Shown here: piece after piece, positions 41,157 to 53,203 of the stretch
Layout of the letters: each line of letters opens with the position of its first letter
How positions within the stretch are numbered: position 1 is the first letter of the stretch
Assembly (NCBI RefSeq): GCF_006345805.1
Contig: NC_043006.1
Span: 53,506,001-53,570,000 of the forward strand
From: Octopus sinensis
Lineage: Eukaryota
Length of the DNA stretch: 64,000 nucleotides
Direction: 5' to 3'
Program-made: the position numbers and the translations under genes
Notes under the pieces: generated by a model
Database searches by the model: none
Told to the model about the DNA's origin: nothing
What the model saw: only the letters and a program-made list of their open reading frames with translations

Positions 41157-42118
41157 CGCCGCCGCCACTATAACCGCCACCAGCACCAATATCTTTGTCT
41201 ACTAACCGCGCTACGCCCACCCTATGTTGATCTACCCATTAACTCACACAAACCCCAACCACCCTAAATTCTAAACTCTTCTCTTTGTGTCTCTCGCTAA
41301 ATACACTAATCCATCCCTATCATACATACCCAACACCCATTACCAACAGGTTTCACCACACTTTCCACTCATTCTTCAAGAATTTTCTATTTTAGTTTTG
41401 CACCCCGGGTAGTTTTGTTGTTTTTTTTTCTATTCTTCTTCATGTGTCAGTTTTCCTTTTATATTTTTGTAAAGTTTAACTCCGCCGTCACCGCCACCAC
41501 CCTCACTAACTCCACCGCCACTTTCATTGCCTCTTTATCTTCACCATCGCCACTACTGTTACCCCGATCACCACTACTACAACATACCTCACCGTCCTTA
41601 ATTACTCCTACTATCACTAACCACCACCTCTCACTACCATCACCACTATCACATCCATAACTCCACTACTATGAATGTTCAGTGAATCTGTGTTTATTTT
41701 GTAATATCATCCAAGTCAGGGATTCGTTGTTTTTTTTGCTGTTTTTTATTTTTTGCGGGGCAGAGGTGGGGTTGCTCAGCGCCCAATTTCACCGAATGAC
41801 GTTTTTTACACACAAGTCCCTCTTTTCTTGTTTAGAATAATAATAACAATCCTTTCTACTCTAACTATCCTTACTACTCTAGGCACAAAGCCTGAAATTT
41901 CAGGGAAGGGGACTAGTCGATTCGACCCCAGTGCTCGACCGGTACTTATTTTATCGACCCCGAAAGGATGAAAGGCAAAGTCGACCTCGGTGGAATTTGA
42001 ACTCAGAACGTAATGGCAGGTGAAAAGCCGCTGGGGATTTTGCCCGGCGTGCTAACGATTCAACCAATTCGTCATCCTGATGACGTCAGTAATAATACTC
42101 CTTTCTACTAAAGGCACA

Positions 42119-42412
42119 ATCGTGAGGTTGTAAGTTCGAATCCCGGACCGGGCTGCGTGTTGTGTACTTGAGCAAGACATTTTATTTCACGTTTCTCTAG
42201 TTCACTCAGCTGTAGAAATGAGTTGCGACGTCACAGGTGCCAAGCTGTATCTGCTGTTGCCTTTCTCTTGGATAACACTGGTGGCGTGGAGATGTGAGAC
42301 CGGTATGCATGGGTGACTGCTGGTCTTCCATAAACAACCTTGCCCGGACTTGTGCCTGGGAGGGTAACTTTCTAGGTGCAACCCTACGGTCAGTCATCAC
42401 TGAAGGGGGTCT
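42119..42412 (+). mobile_element. 5'-truncated tRNA-headed SINE
   Basis: GTTCGAATCC (B-box) followed by GTTGTGTACTTGAGCAAGACATTT...TCACTCAGCTG, related to 39770-40007. Confidence 0.65.
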
Positions 42413-43270
42413 CAACTAAAGGTACAAGGCCTGAAATTTTGGTGAAGGGGTAAGTCGATTTCATCGACCCCAGTGTTTCATTGGTGCTTAGTTTATCGAC
42501 CTCGAAACGATGAAAGGCAAAGTCAACATTTGCTAGTGGTGATTTTTTTACTTTTGTTTATTTGTCCCTGGGCGAATGAGGAAGGGAGTAATCACAATGA
42601 TGTACATAAAATATAGAGATTTATACAGAAAGATAGAGAGAAAAAACATGAAATACAAGTACATATGGTATACAGATAATGAAAGATGATGTTACAGGTT
42701 TTCTCAGTACAGGAGGACCATCTTCTAGAACCAATCAAGAAACGCCGTATATCTAAGATCACCCTGAATACCAAGAGCAAGGGCTCTCTCTAACTGTTTT
42801 TCCCTGACTTATATTTAGAGTGGTCGTCATATCAGCGATACCTGGGCACGGAATGAATTTGTGCAGACGATTTCGCTGTTCTGCGTGCATCTCTGAAATG
42901 CCGTCAGAAGGAAAATGTTTCCATGCCTGTGACTTTGCTTTGCGCAGTTGTTTGTTATCCATATTTTCTTCTTCTTGGCTAAACATCATATGTCACACTT
43001 CAGATATTCGCATGAATGACTGTTTTTATGTTAAAACGTCATGGAAATTACTTAAGAAGGCGAATGGAGTTACATTAGCGTACCCTTTACCGCAGTATCC
43101 GTAGTCTGCACTGTGAAATAACCTGATCTGGGTTAGAGTTTAGGGTTACGGTTTAAGGTTAGAGTTAGGGTTAGGGTTAAGGATTAGATTGTACGCTGAA
43201 CTGTACAATGCCGCAATGTCCTATTCATAATTTAATCCTAACAAGACTTTTTAGAAAATGCATCTAAAAT

Positions 43271-43459
43271 ACATCGTGACGTATATTTGCCATTTAAATA
43301 TGGCTAACCCCTAAGGGTGGATGCTACTGTAGTTTGTAGCCCCAAGAGGGCACCTCCTCCGGCTGGTTTTGAGGAGGTGTCCTCCTGGGGCTACAAACTA
43401 CAGTAGCATCCACCCTTAGGGGTTAGCCATATTTAAATGGCAAATATATGTCACGATGT
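43271..43459. repeat. 89-bp inverted repeat with an 11-nt loop (MITE-like hairpin)
   Basis: 43271-43359 versus 43371-43459 shows three mismatches. No TSD was identified. Confidence 0.9.
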
Positions 43460-44137
43460 GTTGCAGCTACTGTTTATAACTAGCTGTAAAATTTATTATC
43501 TAAAATAGAGATATCGAAACTGATCTAAATATTTTATTTATAAGAAAAATTACTCTCTAAACACCCGATGCCCTCTTGTAAGCTACTGTAAACTCAGAAG
43601 ACTGTTAAAGGAGTGCTACCACCAAGGTTAAGAACCACCGATCTAATATCACTCCATCTCGCCATCTTACTAAGTCCAACCGTCATTGTTATTTACGGTA
43701 TTTCTTCCGACTCTGCGTTCCGAGTTCAAATTCTGCTGAGGTTGACATTGCTTTTCATCCTTTCAGGATCCATAAAAGTACCAGTCAAGTACAGGGGTCA
43801 ATGTAGTCCTCTCGAAACTGCTGGTTTTGTACCCAAATTAGAAAAATGATTATTATCATTGAGTTAAATGCAACGAACAGGTAGAATCGTTAAAACTTCG
43901 GTTTAAAAAATCTCTTGCTTTTCATCTTTTTGTGGTCGATGAAATAAAGTTACAGTCAAGTTCAGGTATCAATAGAATAGACTAACCGGCCTCGTCTCAA
44001 AATGACTGGCCTTGTACCTAAATGAGAAAGGTCTCTACGTGTCATGAGTTCGAATCTTGTTAAAGTCAACTTGACCTTTCATCGTCCCGAGATCGAAAAT
44101 AAAAAAACACCACCTCTAGTGCTGGGGAACAGTTCAT

Positions 44138-44555
44138 GGATCTTTTCGGTTTAAACGGCAGTTTTTAACATAACTTCTAGGTAACTAAAAAATTTTAAAC
44201 TTCGTATACTGGTAGAATGTGTTTATAAAACATCTTTTTCTTTTGGCTTTATTAAGAAAATTCTATAGTTTGTAAGATATTTGGGTTTTTTTCTTCAATT
44301 TCTGCAATTTCAACCAATCAAATACGTCTATTGAGGTAAAAAAAAACATTCTGTGCCGTATGAATATGTCCCTCGTTTAAGAAACTGATTGGGTTTATTT
44401 ACATTTGTGAAGAAAAAAAGATACCCTTCCCCCCACCCCTAACCCTAGCCTTAAAACAGATTGAAATGCAATAGATCGATACTAGGGTTATAATTATGGG
44501 TGACAATTTCATATGACACCGCTAGAAAAAACTGCCGTTCAAACCGAAAAGATCT
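44138..44555. mobile_element. 418-bp MITE with 29-bp TIRs and an 8-bp TSD (Merlin-like)
   Basis: TIRs GGATCTTTTCGGTTTAAACGGCAGTTTTT and AAAAACTGCCGTTCAAACCGAAAAGATCT. The perfect TSD CAGTTCAT lies at 44130-44137 and 44556-44563. Confidence 0.8.
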
Positions 44556-45015
44556 CAGTTCATTTATACACAGTCATCACTATCATTACAATACCCTTCG
44601 CAACCTATTTCTTTACTACCCACAAGGGGCTAAACACAGAGGGGACAAACAAGGACAAATGGATTAAGTCGATTACATCGACCCCCAGTGCACAACTGGT
44701 ACTTAATTTATCGACCCCGAAAGGATGAAAGGCAAAGTCGACCTCGGCGGAATTTGAACAACCACCATCCCAACCGTCTTTCACTCGCCATCCATTGATA
44801 ACAAAATAAAATCGATGTAATAGAAGTGCGAGAAAGAGAAATTGTAGGAGTGGACAACTAGTGTGAGCTCAATTCTCGTAAAAGAAAAAAGAAGCCTTAC
44901 AGATTCCACACCACTTCGTCATTACTATTAACACTATGATTACCCATAGTCCCTGCTCTTCTGCCACTACCACCTCTCCCTCCCTTCTCCCTCTCTCTCT
45001 CTTGCCCTCTCTCTC

Positions 45016-45374
45016 TCTTTTACTCTTTTACTTGTTTCAGTCATTTGACTGCGGCCATGCTGGAGCACCACCTTTTAGTACTTATTCTATCGGTCTCTTT
45101 TTGCCGACCCGCTAAGTGACGGGGACATAAACACACCAGCATCGGTTGTCAAGCAATGCTAGGGGGACAAACACAGACACACAAACACACACACATATAC
45201 ATATATATACATATATACGACAGGCTTCTTTCAGTTTCCGTCTACCAAATCCACTCACAAGGCATTGGTCGGCCCGGGGCTATAGCAGAAGACACTTGCC
45301 CAAGATGCCACGCAGTGGGACTGAACCCGCAACCGTGTGGTTGGTTAGCAAGCTACTTACCACACAGTCACTCC
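45016..45374 (-). mobile_element. SINE family A copy
   Basis: Reverse complement of the family-A head, body and tail. Confidence 0.85.
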
Positions 45375-45446
45375 TGCGCCCTCTCCTCTTTTTACCATCA
45401 TTTTCTCCACAAGAATTATATTTATCTATCGAAGCTTATTGTGTGT

Positions 45447-45513
<67 letters not shown>

Positions 45514-46293
45514 GTCTGTCTGTCTGTCAGTCTGTGGCTGATCAGACCTCAGCTGGTTTCCTCCACAGACAAAGAGGAAAGAATATACCTCAGTAAAGTA
45601 GTTTTATTTAACGATCCTGGAAAATTGAAAGAAATTCACTTCAGTAGTATTTAAGGAATGCCTTGATTTTCTATTCGGCTCCCTCACATCTCTGCCAATT
45701 CGTTACCATGTCACCTCCCCCTCTCTCTTTCTCCCCCTCCCTATTTATTCTTTATTCTTTTACTCTTTTACTTGTTTCAGTCATTTGACTACGGCCATCC
45801 TGGAGCACCGCCTTAAAGGATTTTAGCCGAACAAATCATCCCCAGGACTTTTTTTTGAAAGCCTAGTACTTCGTCTATCGGTCTCTATTGCCGAACCGCT
45901 AAGTTATGGGATCATAAACATATCAACACAGGTTGTCAAGCGGTGATGGGGGGTGGGGCCAAACACATGCGCACATACATACATACATATATACACACAC
46001 ATTCATTCATACATACATACATTCATTCATTCATACATACATACATACATACATACATACATACATACATACATACATACATACATACATACATACATAC
46101 ATACATACATACATACATACGGTTACAGGTATTGATAACATTCATTCTCCCTTTTATCATAAGGAAGTGCACGACTCAGTCTATCACCTTTATACAGTCT
46201 AGGCCTGTCGATCTTGCTAAGTTGACACCGAATCCTCCATTCGGTCTCTTTAAACCAATGACCCTGTAGCGAAGTTGACCTTACTTTTATACA

Positions 46294-46483
46294 GGAGTGG
46301 CTGTGTGGTAAGTAGCTTGCTTAACAACCACATGGTTCTGGGTTCAGTCCCACTGCGTGGCACCTTGGGCAAGTGTCTTCTACTATAGCCTCGGGCCGAC
46401 CAGAGCCTTGTGAGTGGATTTGGTAGACGGAAACTGAAAGAAGCCCGTCGGTCGTATATATATATATATTATATATATATATA

Positions 46484-46514
<31 letters not shown>

Positions 46515-46790
46515 GCAATTAAGATTCAAGTCAATTCTAATGAATTACTTGAATGCGGTACTTAACTTAGATGCACCAGAAAACTATATGGTGTTAACCA
46601 TACAGTAATGTGGGGTGATTATAAACGAGAAAGAAGCAACAAGAATGGATTAGTTTTTAGTACAATTGTTTCATACAAAGACAGGCTTTATTAAAAGGCT
46701 TTATTGCAACTTTTTGCAACTTTTAATAAAGCCTGTCTTTGTATGAAACAATTGTACTAAAAACTAATCCATTCTTGTTGCTTCTTTCTC

Positions 46791-46885
<95 letters not shown>

Positions 46886-47104
46886 ATGTGTTTGTGTGTC
46901 TGTTTGTCACCCCAGCATCGCTTGACAACCGATGCTGATGTGTTTGCGTCCCCGTAACTTAGCAGTTCGGCAAAAGAGACCAACAGAATAAGTACTAGGC
47001 TTACAAAGAATAAGCTCTGGGGTCGATTTGCTCGACTATAAAGGCGGTGCTCCAGCATGGCCGCAGTCAAATGACTGAAACAAGTTAAAGAGTGAGAGTA
47101 AAGA
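46294..47104 (+). mobile_element. SINE family A copy interrupted in its (TA)n tract by a 280-bp insertion
   Basis: Head at 46294-46455, then (TA)n, non-SINE sequence at 46512-46792, (TA)n again, and the 3' half to 47104. Confidence 0.8.
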
Positions 47105-48102
47105 CTGTATATTCTTTTGCTTGTTTCAGTCATTTGACTGCGACCATGCTGGAGCACCACCTTTAGTCGAGCAAATCTACCCCCCAGGACTTATTCTTTG
47201 TTAAGCTTAGTACTTATTCTATCGGTTCCTAGTACTTATTCTATCGGAGCACCGCCTTGAGAAAGAATGAGTGTGTGTGTGTGTGTCCGCCACCGTTTGG
47301 TAACCAGTGTTGATTTATTTATGTCCCCCATAACTTAGCTGTTCAGCAAATGGGGCCAGGCTTTTAAAAAAGTAAGCACTAGGCTCGATTTGTTCAGCTA
47401 AAACCCTTCAAGACGGTATCCTAGCGCGGCCGCCCCTAACAGAGCATCGTTTATCATTCATTTTCCTTTCTCCTCTTTCTATTGCGTTTTTAATTCATTT
47501 AGTCCTCCACACCGATTCTCAGTCATCTAGCTTCTATTCAGTTCCTCATTCCGCTCCCTCCCTCTCCCTCTCTTTGTCTACCTCCCCTTCCTACATGTTA
47601 TTTTTTTTGTTTTTATTTTTTTATATGTCGTCTGCTTCTCTTCAATTCCTGTTAGCTCCTGTATACAAGGAGAGGTTATGTGTTATTTCGTCCACATTTT
47701 CAACAGATGACAAAACACTGCTTCATCATCCTTCAGGACTGTTGTCTCTCACTCTCTCTCTCATCATTTATGACTGGCGGCTGTCTCTGTCTACTTCCTT
47801 GCAGCTCCTAACGCTAGCTTTTCCTATTCCATTTTTTCTCTGCACACAACATTCTCTTTATTTCGTTTTGTAGCTCTATTACACACACACACATATACAT
47901 ATATATATATATATACATAAATATATATATATATATATATATATGCCCATGCAAACACACAAACATGTATGTATGTTTGTATATGTGTATGTATTTATTG
48001 AGTATATATGTATGTTTATATATATGTACACACACACACATTGTGTACATAGTGTGTGTATACGTGTGTATATATATATATATAATACACACACTTATGT
48101 AC

Positions 48103-48136
<34 letters not shown>

Positions 48137-48186
48137 ATATATACATATACATATATATATGTATATGAGTATGTATAATATATGTG

Positions 48187-48227
<41 letters not shown>

Positions 48228-48348
48228 CTTATATATATGTGTGTGTGTAAGTATATAAACCTCACCCTGTATTGACCTTACCCAGCTCGTTCTCTCTCAG
48301 ATCACATCTCTCCTCTCCCTCCCACCCTATCTTTCCATCCACCCCACA

Positions 48349-48379
<31 letters not shown>

Positions 48380-48735
48380 CTCTCTCTTCTCTGTTTTATT
48401 TATATTACCGTTTCCAACAGCCGCTGACATATTTAAGCTTTTACCATACATCACACACCAATACCCCTTCTTTCACCTTCAAAATACATTAAACATTGCG
48501 ATGACGAATGTATATACCCATCTTACATCTCTTATGTTCAAACAAATACATTGCATACTCATATACACATACACGCGCACACAACAGAAGCGCAAATAGA
48601 AATTAAGAAACGTAACACATATATATATAAAGTGCATTCATTCATTCACACATACATGCATACATACACACATATATATACACACATACACATATGTATG
48701 CACACACACACACACACACACATACACACACACAC

Positions 48736-48762
<27 letters not shown>

Positions 48763-48768
<6 letters not shown>

Positions 48769-49147
48769 GTAAGTAGCTTGCTAACCAACCACATGGTTCC
48801 GGGTTCAGTCCCACTGCGTGGCATCTTGGACAAGTGTCTTCTGCTATAGCCCCGGGCCGACCAAAGCCTTGTGAGTGGATTTGGTAGACGGAAACTGAAA
48901 GAAGCCAGTCGTATATATGTATATATATATATGTATGTGTGTGTTTGTGTGTCTGTGTTTGTCCCCCTAGCATTGCTTGACAACCGATGCTGGTGTGTTT
49001 ATGTCCCCGTCACATTAGCGGTTCGGCAAAAGAAACCGATAGAATAAGTACTGGGCTTACAAAGAATAAGTCCCGGGGTCGATTTGCTCGACTAAAGGCG
49101 GTGCTCCAGCATGGCCGCAGTCAAATGACTGAAACAAGTAAAAGAGT
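48763..49147 (+). mobile_element. SINE family A copy
   Basis: Near-consensus head, internal microsatellite and tail. Confidence 0.85.
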
Positions 49148-49153
49148 ATATAT

Positions 49154-49196
<43 letters not shown>

Positions 49197-50220
49197 GGTG
49201 CAGGCGTGGCTGTGTGGTAAGTAGCTTAGTAGCTTGCTTACCAACCACATGGTTCTGGGTTCAGTCCCACAGCACGGCACCTTGGCCAAATGTCTTCTGT
49301 TTTGGTCGATCAAAGCCTAGTGAGCGAATTTAGTATATGTATATGTGTGTGTGTGTTTGTCCACTCTCCCTGCCCACCATCACTTGTTGAAGTCTCTACG
49401 CAAAAGAGACCGATAGAGTAAGTACCAGGTTTTCAAAGAATACGTTCTGGGTTCGGTCTGTTCGACTAAAAGGTGACTGAAACAAATAAAAGATTAAAAG
49501 AGTAATATATATATATATATATATATGTACACACATATATATATATATATATATATACATATATATATACACACACATATATATATATATACACTCTCAC
49601 ACTACAGATACACTTAATTGTGTGTTTTCACTTTTCTCTAACAAAAACAGACTTTCAGACACTCGTGTATTTTGTTTTACCCAAGGCCATGTGCTAAAGC
49701 ACTACCCGAGTACATATAATCCGAAATAAGTACGCAGACTCGCGCGCGCGCACACACATTCATAAGGCAAAGCACACATACACACACACACACGCACGGA
49801 CAAAGAATGCATAGGACACTGAATAATATTTACATACACCCACACTGTATTAAACAACTTTCTAATGATACATGCAGACTCACATGTACACACACATAAG
49901 CATACTCTTTATGACCATGTGTACGTGTGAGTGAAAGAGACGTGGGGAGAGACTGACACACACACAGGCTCTGACTGTGAACACACCCACTTCTGTTTCA
50001 AAATAGAACACCTCACTAAGAATGTATTATCAGAAGACCAACTGTTTGAAGTGCATTTGGAATTCTTTTACGATTTCGCTTGGGTTGGAAGGGAAGCCTT
50101 ATCACTAATTGTCCCTTTGATAGGTAAAATAAAGGGATCCGTTTCTATTGGTGACCCTGATAAATAAATAAAAGCTTTTTGAGTATATTTGGCAGACTGA
50201 AAGAAACCCAAAGAAGCTTG

Positions 50221-50260
<40 letters not shown>

Positions 50261-51985
50261 TGTGTATCGTTTTGTTCGTGCTTGTCTTCCCTGTCCACTG
50301 CTTGACAACCTGTATTGGTTTGTTTACATTTCCTTAACTTAACGGTTCGGCTAAAATTAAGTACCAGGCTTTAAAATAAGTACTGGGATCGACTTTTTTG
50401 AGTAAAAACCTTTCAATGTGGTGCCCCAGCATGACCGTAGTCCAGTGACTGAAACAGATAAATGATAACGCTAACAGGTATCCATGCGTACATTTTTCTC
50501 CCTCTCCACGTCGTCGTTGATGCCCAAGAGAAAGGCCAACGCGTTTAGGGTCAATGCAACACGGAACCAATGTCATCGAAAGTGTTACTGTGAGAACAGA
50601 GAAAGCCGGAAAAGCTGTCACAAGCATCGTATCAAGTCCTAACAGTTCGGCAAATCCACCGTCCTAGATTTCTTTTCTTTTTTTTTATCGATATCGAAAG
50701 CATGAAAGGCAAAGGTGACTTCGGCAGAATTTGAACACAGAACATGGGAGTCAGAACAAATACCACGGGGCATTTTATCCAACGTATTGACAACTCTGTC
50801 AATTCGTCACTTCTAGCCATTTTTCGCTCTTTTAACTATTGTAGAGTGCGATTAATTTATTATTGTTTTTGTTACCCTCAGGTCAACTCTTATCGAGAGA
50901 TCCCTATGTTTAAATGTATCCCACTCATGATTACCCTTGTCTGTTTAGGGCAACATGAATCATTCCCATCTTAACACATAAAGATTCCCTTACACGAAGA
51001 AAAAAGACAGGATGGTCTCAGAAGGAATGCATTTGATCTCATTAATCTGCAATATCAGGGTTGACCTAAGAGCTAAGTAATAACAGCAACAACTCCGCAG
51101 AAGTACCTTCGACCTTTGCTGACCATTTTCAGCCAGTGGAACTGTTGGCCACTATCAACCACTTGTACTTGACACATTAACAGGGTGAGAAATTAACTGG
51201 TGCTTGATACATTAACTAGTTACTACCAGTCATTCTAAAAATTGTAGTGAGACCACAGGAAAGATATATTAGATAATGAAAGACAAGAGCTTGGTTATAT
51301 TTCATTGGTCAGTACTTAGCAATGATTGTCCAACGTACTGTTGATTATTTTGTCAATGTACCAGACTAGTGTGATTGATGTTGGTAACGTTCTGCTTAAA
51401 CTGTTGCCAGTCGTGAGTACAAAGTGGCAGATGGGCAACCTGCTGGGGAAGGAGAGGCCAATACTTACAGCATTGCGGTTTCACGAGCTTTGTAGAAGGT
51501 TAGTTGATGTCTTTTCTGTCTCAAAAGAGAGAAGCCAGACTTTGTGATGAGGGAATAAGATGCAGTGATGTTTTCTTGACATGAGCTGTACATGTATTTA
51601 GTTAGGTGCAGCCTAGATTAATTAGAGTTATGGTACTCGTTATATTGTGTTAACGTCTAATTTATTATGACAAAAGTGAGCTTGCTGTCAAATATTTTAG
51701 GTCCGTTATCCCTGGAAAGCCAAACAGACGTTTGCTAGAATTAATCAATCAAAATTCACAGCAAGGAGTGTGTAGCTGTACAACGAGACACAACTCCTTC
51801 CTCCATCTTTCTTGGTCATCAGCCAACCTCATGTTTTCCATCACTTCCTCCTTGTTACAATACCTTCATTTCCTAAATAGATTTATCTGTACGAACAGTG
51901 GGGTTAACCAGGTTAATAAATGTGTGTGAAAAGAGAGAGAGAAAGGGGGAGGCAGAGAGCGATAGAGAGGTATAGAGAGAGGAGA

Positions 51986-52021
<36 letters not shown>

Positions 52022-52442
52022 AAGATGATGGTCGGTAAACGTATTCGTTGAAAACAGTAGATGAAATTAGTGGGTCAAATTTAGTACAGTTCGTGACTGT
52101 CCTTCCACCAGATGTGTTTAATTTTACTCATTCAAGTGAGGTATACTTTTTCAAAGTTTCCGCTCAGTGTATTAAAAGTATTTAAAATAAATACTACTAT
52201 ATAACTCGATATGTACTGGTTGGCTTTTTCGTCGTCGATCAACTTGATCAACGGTATTACAGAGACAGTAACTTAACCATTTCTGCTGTGCCTGGGCTGT
52301 TTCTAAAAGCAAGTTTTTACTCCAAGTACAATTACCACTTCTCCATTCATAGAAACGCTATAAAAATATAAAGGAAAGTCAAGTCAATACGTCCGCAGCA
52401 TCCAGGGAACCGCAGTGGATGCTAGATATTGGTTAAGTATAG

Positions 52443-53203
52443 ATGCCAGGTGATTTTCAGCAGCTTTCTCAGGCAGTTCATCTAGAAGCGATTTAGCTTT
52501 ATGGTGTAACGTTCATAAACCGTACATATCTCAAAAGCATACAGTAGAGAAGCAGAACAACTCCTTAGTACACCTTCAACTTGGAGGCCAGCCTAATTCC
52601 CCTCCTCTCCCACACTAATTCACGTAGCTGCTTGAATACTGAGCTTCTTGGCGCGATGTGCGTGTCGACCTTGTTGTCAATGTTCACAGATCTGAAGAGT
52701 GTGTTGTCGAGGTACGTGAACTTATCAACATTCTTCAGGATTTCCACTTCAACAGTGATAGCTAGTTTCACATACGGCTTTTGTGGGGCAGGGTGGTACA
52801 TGATTTCTGCCTTCTGAGTACTGATTGTGAGGTTGAAGTTGTTGCAGGCTGTGGAAATGCAGTTCCTACATCTGCTACTCTGCTACACTCTGCTACATGT
52901 GGCGGTACTGAAAGCGCAGAGCTTTGAAATCAACTCCGACACCTGAAAAACACAAGCGCAAGCCCGCCCTACCTGACTAAACTGCACCAGCAGAGATGTC
53001 ACCACTCATGAACATAACAGGATTGCGAACTACACAAGTCTGGAGCCAGCTCCTTGCCTTCAGTCCGAGCAAACCAGCAGTGTCCTACCTACAGCAGAGC
53101 CTTCCGAGCACGCTTCGGACTGATCGGTCACAACCAAACATGCCGTACCCCGTCTTTGTCTCCCATGTGATGTCCTTGGTCACTGTCGACAACGACGGAC
53201 AAG
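52443..53203. mobile_element. RTE LINE remnant with an inverted 5' segment
   Basis: Minus strand 52443-52865 encodes VDKFTYLD...VWERRGIRLASKLKVY...CLRKLLKITW. Plus strand ~52900-53203 encodes CPTYSRAFRARFGLIGH and an RTE-like 3' end (GTCGACAACGACGGAC). Confidence 0.75.

Noticed and set aside
42759-42989. Minus-strand peptide KSQAWKHF, resembling the start of a BED zinc finger (hAT)
   Set aside because: The Cys/His ligands are not recoverable in one frame and no TIRs were found. It is too weak without a profile search.
51326-51600. Possible degraded LINE C-terminus on the minus strand (LLRQKRHQLTFYK)
   Set aside because: There is only a vague motif resemblance, with multiple stops.
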